DNA of 64,000 bases, taken from Amoeboaphelidium protococcarum X5. Lineage: Eukaryota; Fungi; Aphelidiomycota. Below the pieces are notes generated by a model that was not told where the DNA came from, did not search any database, and saw only the letters and a program-made list of their open reading frames with translations. Position 1 is the stretch's first letter, and the number at the start of each line of letters is the position of its first letter. This document shows, piece after piece, positions 26,269-38,169 of the stretch. Position numbers and translations under genes: made by a program. Location: assembly GCA_023515725.1 (NCBI GenBank), contig JALDTO010000135.1, forward strand, positions 37,413 to 101,412, written 5' to 3'.

Positions 26269-27456
26269 ATGGAGTATACAAAAGCTACATTACAGCTCGT
26301 TATGGCTATCAATGGTCAGTTGCTCAAAATAAATGAGTGTAAGCTGTCAAATACTGATCATGTTTCTCAGGGCTCTAGTGCTGTAAAATTAACAGTGGCT
26401 AAAGCTGCACGTAAGATTCTATCTTTTGATGACTTACCCAAGAAAATGCAAATGAAGTTCAGGAGAGCTGGTCTTAGAGCCGGCAGAAGAAGTGTTGGAG
26501 AAGGCAGAAATCTTTACGAGCAAGTACCGTCTTAGGTCAAGACGTCTGTGGACGACCTAAACGCGTTTTTGAGTGATAAGCAGGCTAGTCATATTATTCC
26601 CTATAGTGTTGATAGAACTAAGAGTGCCGATAATATCAAATGGGAGAATGGTAATGACAATCAAATGAGAGGAAGCTAATCCATGACGGTAGAAGAACAG
26701 CGAAAAATTGATGTAAGTAATGCTACACAAGGAGCATTAACTGGATTGAAGAAATGCATTACAAATGGAGGAATTGCCTTTGGGGTAGGGTTCTTAGTAG
26801 AAGGTGGTAAAACTCTCCTGGATAGAGGCATTGCTGCTGCAAAAAACAAGGATAAATTTGATACCGATACTGTGAAAGTCATTCTCGAAGATGGGTTAGG
26901 TGGCGCAGCAATTGCTGGAGGATGTGCGATAGTTGTTACAGCTGCTTGTATAACTTTCCCTCCTTTAGGTGCTGGCTTGACAGCTTTAGCCTCACCATTG
27001 TCCATGTACGGCACTGGAAAAATTTTGAAAGATTTTGGGTCGATTTTGAATAAACATTATGGATATCGCAGAGGCAAACTACAGGCAGAAGATAATATTT
27101 TTGATCTATTCTCGTTTATTCCTTCATAGCTAAAAATTGAAAATCTAAAAGTTGAAGATTATCGATTGGAGTTTGATTATACAGATAAAATTATGCTGCA
27201 TGTTTTGGCGACTGTTGAAATATTTGCCTCTGTTAAAGCAATTACGGGCGATAGTGATTGTGCATTCTATTTCACGGAAACTGAAGAGTTTGTCCAGGTA
27301 CATTCGAGTATCATTGATAGCTGTAGTGATTTCGACGCGGCTTTAATAGTCAAAAGGATGTGGGACGATCATAAGCTATTATTGCAAATGTCTAAGCTCC
27401 CGGGTCGTTACATCGTTAGCCAACAGATGCCATGTAGTAGATATATCTGTTTGTGA
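26269..27456 (+). CDS. HNH/His-Me-finger-like domain followed by Gly/Ala-rich hydrophobic helices, 395 aa
   Basis: FLSDKQASHIIP...NIKWENGNDNQMRGSQSMT, then GGIAFGVGFLVEG and GLGGAAIAGGCAIVVTAACITFPPLGAGL. One frame to TGA. The start codon is uncertain. Confidence 0.55.
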
Positions 27457-27699
27457 ATAAGTAATCTGAATGCTTGTTGCCGTTGCCCTTGGCATGAGTT
27501 TGTTGACCTCGTTGCTCTTGAGGATAAACTATACAGTGCATGCAACCGTAAGCCGACTTAAGTGCCAAATGTTATGGTCTAAAAATACAGATATCGTAAA
27601 TTTTATTCATAGATATAACATCAATTAAAATCAGCGTTTTACGCACTCTGCTACGGTGTAGCTTTAGTCAAACGCAAGGCTGCTTTCCGCGCGCGTATT

Positions 27700-27990
27700 C
27701 AAAAAGGTCTGTATTTCTTCATGAGTAGTGCAAGAATTTCTTCTATAGGAAGAGCGCCTTTTACTGCGAATTGAGCCATTTTCCCGGTCACTTCATAATA
27801 ATAAGCATCTCTAAAACGCAGAAATCTTATAAAATGCGTCCAGATAGTCTCCAACTAGATACGGCGCAAAGGCTCTGGAACATAACGCTTCAATGCTGCA
27901 AAAGAATAGCAGCAATTAGAGCAGATGCACTACTTAGAATTTCCCCACACTGCCTCAATGGGATTCAGTTCAGTAATGTGGAGTCCAACA
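27700..27990 (-). mobile_element. C-terminal fragment of an IS630/Tc1-superfamily transposase (HCELNPIE type)
   Basis: ELNPIEAVWGNSKQCICSNCCYSFAALKRYVPEPL...RFRDAY...AQFAVK. Degenerate. Confidence 0.7.
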
Positions 27991-28475
27991 AGGGTTTGTT
28001 CATTTTCAAGTTTGTCCGCCATTGTTAAAATGTGTACGGAGAAATGCGATTTTCCCATAAAACAACAATTGCTATACAGTACTATACTGTAGATCAATAT
28101 AATGTGTTACAAATTCGAAACGCTTCATAAAAGTAAGATTGAACTTCCCTAAAGCCATTGTAGACATATGCTGGTCTGTATATAAAACTTAGCTTTATTA
28201 TCGACAACATTTCCTACTTAAAGAATTTTCGCGTGTGTTTTTGTTCATTAAAAGTAAAGATATCCTTTAATTCTTGTTAAAATCCGAGAATTGACTCATT
28301 CGTTGATCAATACGGGTGGCGTGGCGCATTACCTGGAAACCACCATCGATGGGACGACTGATCCGTGAGAAATTGAAAGCCAATTTGATAGATCCCGATT
28401 TGCAACTTCTTTCCCACAGTGATAGTCGTATTATAAATTGAGCAATTAAAGATTCATCTGGTACAAAGCACAGGC

Positions 28476-28793
28476 ATGGAGTTATCAGCTACAAATTTTG
28501 ATATAAGTCCGAATGTATCCCTGCAAGATTTAACTTCTAGTTCTGCAACAATGTCTGGTGGTGGTTTAAGTCGTAGAAGCTCTATTTACTCCACTTCAAG
28601 TGATGATTATGGCGTCCAGTATGCTCTTTCTCCAATGTTGAGTATGCAGAATTTATAAATGGATGGTGACGCGGATGGTATAAACGATTCCTTGGACGAT
28701 GCTGACATGGCTGCAATGAACCCGTTTCAAAGTGTCCCATTGTTTGCCATGGTTGTATCTGTCATACTGCCCCATGCCTGGATGTTATTTTGA
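28476..28793 (+). CDS. Small Ser-rich protein with C-terminal hydrophobic tail, 105 aa
   Basis: ATG to TGA with one internal TAA. Ends VPLFAMVVSVILPHAWMLF. Confidence 0.5.
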
Positions 28794-29065
28794 AGGAAAT
28801 TTGAAACTAGTCTGTTTATACATGAATATTTTGTGCATTATATCATTATAATGTTTTTCTCTCGACTGATATTATAGGATTTTTACCACCTCTCTGCTTA
28901 TATTCAGTTACAGCCTTGAGCGAAACAGTAGCTCAGACGAGGTGTCGGTGACGTCGCGCAACCTTAGAGATTTCATTCTCGCAGCTGTAAGCACGATCAA
29001 TCAAAGTAAAAAGGTATTCTATAGAGCTGACGTGATATAAACAGTTTAATCGCTCAATATTAATT

Positions 29066-29959
29066 ATGGAAAATTTGAGAAATATTAAAATACCAGGCGG
29101 AGGACGCGGTCTGTTTGGTGGAGTTGGCGCGTTGGTAGGTCTTGGATTCGCCGCTGCCGGTGTAAATGCGAGCCTGTACAATGTTGATGGTGGTCACAGA
29201 GCGGTGAAGTATTCTAGAGTCTTTGGTGTGTTGGATAAAGTATATCCTGAAGGAACACATTTGAGATTTCCGTGGCTAGAGCAGGTCATCATATATGATG
29301 TTCGTGCAAAGCCGCGTAATATTCCATCGCTGACTGGTACTAAGGATCTGCAGATGGTGAATATCACGATTCGTGTGCTGTCACGTCCATCCGTGGAAAA
29401 CTTGCCCGTGATATACAAGACTCTGGGCATGGATTATGACGAAATTGTACTACCATCTATTGTGAACGAAACTCTGAAGAGTGTGGTGGCGCAATTTAAT
29501 GCAGCCTAGCTGATCACTCAGAGAGAAAGAGTTAGTCGTCTATTGCGTGAATCGCTGAGAGAACGCGCCCAGAAATTCAACATTGTGCTTGATGACGTGT
29601 CCATCACTCACCTCAAGTTTGGCCCAGAGTTTACTCATGCTGTGGAGGCGAAGCAAGTCAGTCAATAGGAGGCTCAGCGTGCCGCGTTCCTGGTGGAGAA
29701 GGCAAAGCAGGAGAAGCAGAGTACCATTGTGCGTGCTTAGGGTGAGGCATAAGCTGCTGAGATGATTGGTAGAGCCGTTGTGAACAATCCTGGCTTCTTG
29801 GACTTGAGAAAGATTGAGAATGCCCGTGAGATTGCCTCAATTGTTGCCAACTCCAAGAATAGAGTCTTTTTGGACACCGATACTCTGTTGTTGAACGTGC
29901 AGGTAGAGAGCAATGATTATAGCAAAAAAGATGAAAAGGTTTCTGAAAGACCGCAGTGA
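29066..29959 (+). CDS. PHB2: Prohibitin-2
   Basis: [67 protein letters not shown] falls at conserved Gln positions. Confidence 0.97.
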
Positions 29960-29984
29960 AGTTGCAACGAAATATATATAGGTG

Positions 29985-30011
29985 ATTATTATTATTATTA
30001 TTATTATTATT
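29985..30011. repeat. (ATT)n microsatellite
   Basis: Run of att repeats downstream of PHB2. Confidence 0.85.
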
Positions 30012-30087
30012 TCCGTGTTGTCTTATTTGGCCGTTACGTTTTTATGCTTTTTCTCATTCTTAAACTGCATTATATTATGATAAAAAA

Positions 30088-30795
30088 ATGGTGACGACAT
30101 AGTCAAAAACTGACAATAACAATGCACAACCAATTGGAGAGTGTCCAATGTCTGCTGGAAAAGAGCGGAAATAGTCTAATGCTGCTGTGTGCCCTGTGAG
30201 GCATGATAATATGATGCCTGATCTACCTCAATCACCTGCGCCGGATCAGGAAACAAAGTTGGATACAAGTCGTCAGATATCATCCATACCTCGCGCCTCA
30301 AAAGACGGTACGAGTGATAGCGGAAACGCTGCTTAAGAAAGGAATTGGGTATATCCAAGTGACCAATAATTTTACAATGCTCTGCACCGAAAAGGTAAGC
30401 CGACCGATGAGCGTGACGTTTCCATGATTGTATCTATCCATAATGAGATTAATGAGCGAACGTGGAAGGAGATAGAGCGATGGGAGTCTATGCACTGCAA
30501 CGAGTGCCCTACTGGTCCTCGACTGCTGAAATTTAGTGGCAAACCGAATTAACTGTCTCCTCGCGCTTGGTTCTATTATAACCTGGGACTGGCGCCTCGG
30601 CCGTTTGATCGCCATGATTGGATTATTGATCGCTGCGGTCGGAAGGTGCGGTACGTTATTGATTATTATGAAGGTGATTCTACTGAGCCTGTGCAATCTG
30701 GCAATGAAGATGAAGCTGTGATGCATGTTGACGTGAGACCAGCTGTTGATTCTATTACAGCATGCATTGACCGCTTGAAGATGTTGTTTTAATGA
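30088..30795 (+). CDS. HCCS: Holocytochrome c/c1 synthase (heme lyase)
   Basis: CPM/CPV heme-regulatory motifs, [51 protein letters not shown]. Ends TAA TGA. Confidence 0.95.
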
Positions 30796-31136
30796 ATATT
30801 AAATTAAACGTTCATATAGAAGCATTGTGATTTGAAATTAATTCTTTTATTAGGAGATAAATTTTCTCAGTAAAAGTATTATTGTAATAAAACATCTCGT
30901 ATTGCCTCGTGTAATTCCTATAGTTTTCTGCCCAGTTAGCGTAGCCGTTAGATCTCCTACCGCTTGTTCCATCGCCCCATTCTTTCTCGTCTCGCCAACA
31001 AAAGGTTTTCATTAGACGAAGAAGCGGCGACAAACTCCGCAAGCCGATAAGCTTAACGTTCGTTGATTTGTTGTGAAAGTGTCCAAGATCTTTTTTGGAT
31101 TGAATCTGCTCTGTAGCATATATACGTTGTAAAAAT

Positions 31137-32691
31137 ATGAGTCTCTTTGCCTCAAAGGATAGTTCGTTAGGTCCGACGCGGACGGCTTAGTAGTCTATTG
31201 TCTACAACACCAACAAGTTTCGAAAGGGAAATTTTGCTAGATTGTAAGTCTGATGATAATGATGTATTTGATTTATACAAGTTCTTTATAATGATTTAAA
31301 GTTTTGCTGTATGTAGAGAGAACAATCTAACGATATCTCTGGAGCGAAATGATTATCCTGTAAAGCTTGTGCCTATTAGACTCGACATTGAAGTGGATGG
31401 CTTGAAAATTAGAGATTGCTTTACATGGAATTTATATGAGAATCTGATGACACCAGAGCAATTTGCTCAGCTGCTTATAGATGATCTCGTTGAGCACCAC
31501 CATCACTCCTATAACCAAGTGGCGTATTAGATAGCTAATTCCATTAGATAGTAATGTGAAGCATGGCAGGGCACTGTTGGTGATTATGAAGATCAAGTAT
31601 TTGCTGTTGATGATCCGAATATTGAAGATTTGCATCAAGAGTCTGAGTGGCGTACTATCATTAAGCTGGATATGCAAGTGGGTGATGTACATTTGAATGA
31701 TCAATTTGAATGGCCTCTGACTCCATAGAATTATCCTGTTAATGATGAGGCCAGCACTGATCCGTCAGTGGACACTCCGGAGAGCTTTGCCAAGCGCCTC
31801 TGTGAAGAATTGGGTATTGGTGGCGAGTGGGTGTCTAGCGTTGCACATCAGATCAGGGAGTAGATTTGTTATGCTAGAATCAACTTTGATGATGTGCTAA
31901 AGATGGATTCTCTTCCTGTAGACTCTAAAACTTCCACCATTATGCCATTCCGCGTTGATAGTGAGGATTATGGACCATAATTGGAATTTCTTGATCCTGA
32001 AGAGTTGGAGCGCCGTGAGAAGGAGCTTGATAGGACCAGTAGAAGACTCAGGAGATCTTAAAAGAATGAGGGTAATTTTATAGTGCTCAATCGCCACGGT
32101 TATGACAATGACACGTAGGAGTCTAGTAGATTTAGCAGAAGATTTCAATAATCATAGTAGTAGCAGCGATAGAGTAATGTATTTTAATAGAATAATGCTG
32201 GTATGCCATCATTTAACAGTGCAGGCATAGTCAATTAGTAGTATAACTTTGGCATTGCGAGTATACCAGGTGCAGTGTATTAGAGAACTCAACAGCCGGC
32301 GCCACTTCCGAAGCAGGGCGCCTCCACATCAAAAGTTCCGTATCGTAATTATAAGCCAACTCCTGAGGAAGAGGCTCTGGTATTGAAGAAGATGGAAGAG
32401 ACTATAAAGTAGAATGCATTGCTTGGCCAACTTGGTTCAAGTCCTCCAAAAGGACATCGCGGCTTTGGCGCTAGTGCTCAGAAATTTAACGCTGATGGAT
32501 CACTCGAGGTTGGTGAGTTCCGTTCCAAGTGGCGCTGTAGTTGGTGTCTATTGAGCGGCAAATTTACACCAACATTGAGAAAAGGTCCTGGTGGTTCAAA
32601 GACGTTGTGCAACGCGTGTGGTATCTGGTATGGTAAACATGGCTCTCTCCCTCAAGATAGATATCATGAACATGCCAATGATCCCATGTGA
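31137..32691 (+). CDS. SNF5/SFH1-family chromatin-remodeller subunit with C-terminal GATA-type zinc finger (one intron 31244-31316)
   Basis: LVPIRLDIEVDGLKIRDCFTWN...TPEQFA and IIKLDMQVG...DQFEW repeats. CSWC...LRKGPGGSKTLCNACG. A GTAAGT...TAG intron restores the frame. Confidence 0.9.
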
Positions 32692-32947
32692 TTAATATAA
32701 GTATTTAAATAATTATTTGTTAGTCTTAAGTCTATGATTGAATAATTTTCTTGCTATATCAATGAAGCATATCAGTAAAACTTACCTAATAGGAAATCTT
32801 GATTGTTGAGAGTGTCTGTGATTGGGTGATCATTAAAGCAAGTGCTTTCAGGTTTAATATTAACCATTAGACCATTCTATCATTTATCCCGCTTTTTTAT
32901 TTACAATATCTACTTGTTTTACTTTAAGGACTAAAATATCACAAAAA

Positions 32948-34096
32948 ATGGCTTCATTATAAGATAGCTGTGCGATGGCTCAAGATGTCGGCGATTCTCA
33001 AGTGGTTGAAAGTTAAGATATTGTAGCAAAGATTGATCAAGCATAATCCGTTACAAATAACGATGATAATGATTCTAACGTATCTATCGATCTGAGCTCA
33101 TTTGCAAAAGTTAAAAATGCCATCAGCTAAGCTAGTATGTCAGATATGAGTGAAGATGACGTGTCAGACGCGTCCTTCATATCCAACTCTGGGGAGGCCA
33201 TTGTCGATGCTGATGCACCTGTTGACGGTGACTAATCTGCTATCCCGGCAAAACATAGCTGGTCCAAAAAGTTTGTGTCTGGCTTCAGAAAGTTACCTGG
33301 CAAGAGTTCAGATAATAAATCTCAAGCCAAGTCTAAAGATAACTCTCCGTCACCATAATCTGTCTAGAACAGTCCATAGAAATATACAGTTAATGCTGGC
33401 TCAGGGTCAAACAGTAAAGGAAGCCTAACTTCAAGCTTTACAAATTTGGCCATCTTTGATGCACTCTCTAGTAGTTTGAGAAAAGAGGCACTGAAGAGGT
33501 ACATGATGAAAGGTAGTGGTAACGGTGGCACAGGTGATGCCTAGTCCAACTCTAAACCCGATGCAGGTGCACCAGGTAAATCAGCCTCAATGGACAACAT
33601 CAATCAGCTAGTCACTGCGCCGCCAAAATCTATCTTGAAGAAGCGAGATTCTAATAGTGGTAGCAAGTCTAGTGTCTCTACTGTTGACACTCAGACTGGG
33701 GAAGTTGTGAAATCGTCCAAAATTGAGCAGCAAGAGTAAGAGGCTAAAAGTCAAGTTAAATTGCTGCTTGGTCAGACTCTAACAACTCATTCTTCGCCTA
33801 ATTTACATCTGCTGCTGGTAGATACTGACGCGCAATCACAGCAGCTGCTACCTGAACCGTAGATGAATCAGATGAAACAGTCTGGAAGTGTCAAAAGTAT
33901 CCAGTTTAAAGATGATGATACGCGAGTTATAGAGACACATTCAAAAGTGTACTATAACCGTAAGCCTGGTAATGATCTCACTTTCAAGAAACTGACTCCA
34001 CAACTGCGAGATGAGATACGCTCAGAATTGAATCAATTCAAAAAGTACGAGATGTCTGTGCATGAAGACAGCACTCATCACACTGTATTTCATTAA
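32948..34096 (+). CDS. PP1 regulatory protein, Phactr/Bni4-like C-terminal domain (3' end on TAA, see findings)
   Basis: KSILKK (SILK), KSIQF (RVxF), ETHSKVYYNRK...KLTPQLRDEIRSELNQFKKYEMSVHEDSTHHTVFH. Confidence 0.8.
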
Positions 34097-34395
34097 ATGC
34101 AATAATCAGTCAATTAATTAGCGATTTCCCATTATCTCTTCATTTTATTGATACGATAACAAAGTAGTGATCATTCATTTTCATAGCGAGCAATGCTACT
34201 TCACCTCAGGGACATCACGTCTCGAATAACTTTCCTTTTGAGCGTGTCGATTAAAAGAAGCTCAAACGCGTCCCCAATCAGCAACCGAAAATAACCGAAA
34301 GGCGGAAACGTCTATCATTTTAATCTTTTCGTGGATCATCATCAATTCGGCTATCCTCATTATTGTTGTTCAGAGAATTAATTCAATAGTACAAT

Positions 34396-35028
34396 ATGGG
34401 AATTTCTAGAGATAGTCGCCACAAGCGATCCGCAACTGGTGCTAAGCGCGCCGCATACCGCAAGAAGCGTAAGTTTGAATTGGGACGTCAACCGGCAATG
34501 ACCAAGCTGGGTGCTCGTAAAGTGCACACTGTCCGTACCATGGGTGGGAATACCAAGCACCGTGCACTGCGTCTGGAGACTGGAAACTTCTCTTGGGGAT
34601 CAGAGGCGATTACTCGTAAGACGCGTATTATCGATGTTGTTTATAACGCTTCCAATAACGAGTTGGTGCGTACCAAGACTTTGGTGAAAAATGCTATTGT
34701 GCAGATTGATGCCGCTCCATTCCGTCAGTGGTGGGAGGCTCATTATGGTGAGGTTTTGGGTAAGAAGAAGAGAGCACAGGCCGCTGCAGCAGCTGAGGAG
34801 TCAAAGCAGGACGGTGCAGATTAGAAGAAGCAGTCGAGCCACGTCAAGCGCAAGATTGAGTCGCGTAAGGATGATGCTCACGTTGAGGCTGCTATCGATG
34901 ATCAGTTTGTCGCCGGTAGATTGCTCGCATGTATCTCCAGCCGTCCTGGTTAGACTGGCCGTTGTGATGGCTACATTCTTGAAGGTAAGGAGTTGGAATT
35001 CTACATCAAGAAGTTGAAGCACAAGTGA
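34396..35028 (+). CDS. RPS8: 40S ribosomal protein S8 (eS8)
   Basis: [15 protein letters not shown]...[23 protein letters not shown]. The Q of RPGQ is encoded by TAG. Ends TGA. Confidence 0.98.
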
Positions 35029-35166
35029 TCTCGATGCTTTTAACGCATGATAAATATAATCTGATAGTAGTAAACTTATTTATACAGCAATTTCATTTTC
35101 TATTTGAGCGACTTTATAAGGTACTAAGCGCAAATATATATGTACATAAGCATTGTTAAAGCTAAA

Positions 35167-38100
35167 TCACGCTAATAATCTAGTTATTTTACCAACTCCT
35201 TTAGTTCTACCTTCTCTAAATAGCAAACGCTAGCCAACTTGTATGTATTCTGGATACTTCATGAAGCGAAATTTAACAAGCGCCCTGTCACCTGTTCTGA
35301 TAACATTTCTCTCAGCCAGGCTTTGAGAAGTACCAACGGCATCAGATTAAGACTAATTAGCAAAGTTATCAGCAGAGCCAGATTTTAATAGTTCACCACC
35401 AGCACTCTCAAGGATCTGCTTTTATGGGGTAATTGATAGAACGTAAGCCGCTTACCGCACATTTCCCACATGAACCATAGTTTAATAACATTTGCCGATA
35501 GTTGAACTGTGATACAGTACCAGAACTTCAGCCTCGAATACCTGTACAGCTTCAGGCTTCACATCTTTACCTAATAACACCATGCCTTTTCGCAAGTAGC
35601 TGCGCTTGATCTTTTTCAAAGCGAAGCATGCCGTCTAACCAGCACTAGCATATGGTACGTTGAGCCGCTTAATGTGAATAGATTTGATTTATGCCGGTAT
35701 AAACACACCGTTTGTATCAGGCCCAAGCTGGAGGGAGTCACCAACACGCACGGTGCCATTCAATAAAACACCAGATACAACGCAACCAACACCGGGAACG
35801 CTAAATGACTCTGTGATCTGGATATGAACAGATTTCTTTGGATCAAACTACTTGTATACTGGGAGAAGATTAATAAAACTCCTAAGTAGATCAACACCGA
35901 CACCACTGACATTGCTAATCTGGAATATAGGACATACGCGCTCAGACACGAACGTCTTGGTAGTTGATATGACATCACTCATTGAATTTATATAGATAGG
36001 AATCTTGCGACACCCGCTGCTCTTGAGAATCTTTGTCAACTACTTAGTGGTGGATTCCAAAATATTACCAGGACACATGTCAATCTTGGTGATGACGACA
36101 AACACTGGGACATTTAAAGCCAGAGCCAATCCTAGATGCTCCTTGGTCATACCTATAATGCCGGCATTAGATCCAATCATGAGCATCACATAATCAGGCA
36201 TACATCCAGTCATACCGAACACGGTGGTCTTCAGATATCTCTCGTGACCAGCCAAGTCGATAAACGAGATCATCTTAGCTGCCCGCCGGCTGATCTCTTC
36301 CCAAGTGAGCTTTCTACCAAAATTATCAGCTTATTTAACAACTTGCTTACCTGTACTGTCGAATCCCATAATCTCTAAACCAACTGACGATGTTCTACCA
36401 GTGTCTATCTCATGCTTATGTTTAAACAGTTTAACTCTAGCTGCGCCTCTTCCATCATCCAAGTCACTTGATGTCAGTACACCTAACGTTGTCGAATTAT
36501 GAGTAATTGTACAATCACTGAGCAATAACATATGATCACCATCAACTTCAAATCCGTAATACGCATCTTCGCCGTATTAGTCAATCGTAAAAGAACTTTG
36601 CTCCTACTGATATATATCCCAACTCTCAAGGTTTTGATTACAGATTGTGCTATCGACACATTAAAAATTTATTGATTTGAGAGCAGAGGTCAGCTTAATA
36701 CAAAAATCAGACAATGAATAGCCTTGTGCCGCAAACTATAGCGGCACCCTCCTTTGTAGAATAAGATAACCAGTGCGTAAACCACTTTGCCAATACAAAT
36801 CTTTGCTATTTCTCGCACTCTGACTTCCCTCGTCGGTGTAAACCTTAATTACGCGATCAAATATACTTACAGCTTCCAGGTCAGACAGCTATATTCGAGA
36901 TTAATACAAAATATCCTTTTCAAATATTTAAAAAAGCGTTCGAATAACGTTACTCTCAATAGCACAGTCTATGGATTAGAATTACTAACATCTACCCGAC
37001 AAGTAGCAAAATATAATGCCAGCAAACCAATATTCAAAGCACTTCAAAACATCCTTACGATATGCATAGTTCCTTACACACTTCTCCGAATCCAAGACCA
37101 CATTACTTTCACAATCAACAAAGGGAGTACTCAAATTAGCTTTGATGAGCAGGAGCTTGGACCTTAGTTCATGGGGAAGCGATAAAAATTCCACGACAGT
37201 TATCTTAAATCGTAATGATTAATCCCCCCGCAACTATAACACCAAAATATGATTACCAGTGACTAAAAAAGGAGAAAATTCTGAAGCCTACGGTATAATT
37301 CTATAAAGCATACCACTTCCACGGGTAAGAGATCCTGGCAAGACTGTTCTAATAGATCCATCAGGACCTAAAAGTTAATGCCCAACTTTAATATCTTGGA
37401 CAGCAATTGGCTTCAAATCAGCTGAGAGTAATTCGGTATCATAAGCGAAGCATTTTCCACTATCAACATTACCCACACATGCTACTCTTAATTCAATCAA
37501 ATGCGAAGCATCAGCATGAGCACTGTCCACTTGATGCCTTATTAAGAGATAAGCACTATACCGTTCATTCTCCTACTTATTGTAAACTACGGTAGCCACA
37601 AGACTGAGCTTCTGTGCTGCCTATTGGTATACTCTTGTCAAATGTTCCAGTTACTCTGATGTATTCAAAACGATACCATGCTACGAAGATCCCAGCTCGA
37701 GAACACATTCCCCATGGCCTTCCTCAATTTTACTCTAAATTAGCTCAGCTATCAAATCAACATCAGTAACATTATACTCCGTAGCAGTATCATATAATTT
37801 AGACGCGTGTCTCACATCCTAAGTAGACTATTATTACTAACTGCCACCGTCAGAGAAGAGCTACAATTACTTTTCCGCCAATATCCGTTCCTCAAGTCCA
37901 CCCTTATCTTTATGCTAAAGCTAATTATCCCCAAGCTGATTATCATCAACTATACTATTGCGCACAATCTCAGAGGTGAAATCAGATATAGAACTGAGAA
38001 GGTCCTGGTAATTTTATTTCTTATTCACAGCAGCAGATGATTACTTTGAGCTTTCGGCAATGAATCCAGGTTTCTGTCCTTACTGATGCCCATGATGATT

Positions 38101-38169
38101 ATGATTTCTATGACTTTGACCTTAATGTGACTTTTTAGAGCCTGTACTACTATAATTACTAGAATTCAT
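35167..38169 (-). CDS. GTPBP1: GTP-binding protein GTPBP1/2 (translational GTPase) precursor, 1000 aa including a 319-aa intein
   Basis: [13 protein letters not shown]|[80 protein letters not shown]. One open frame. Confidence 0.93.
36496..37452 (-). mobile_element. Intein (319 aa) inserted in the GTPBP1 P-loop
   Basis: Block [10 protein letters not shown]...IKVGHQLLGPDG, block B VTGNHILV, blocks [24 protein letters not shown] followed by +1 Ser. Removing it restores GNVDSGKST. Confidence 0.95.
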
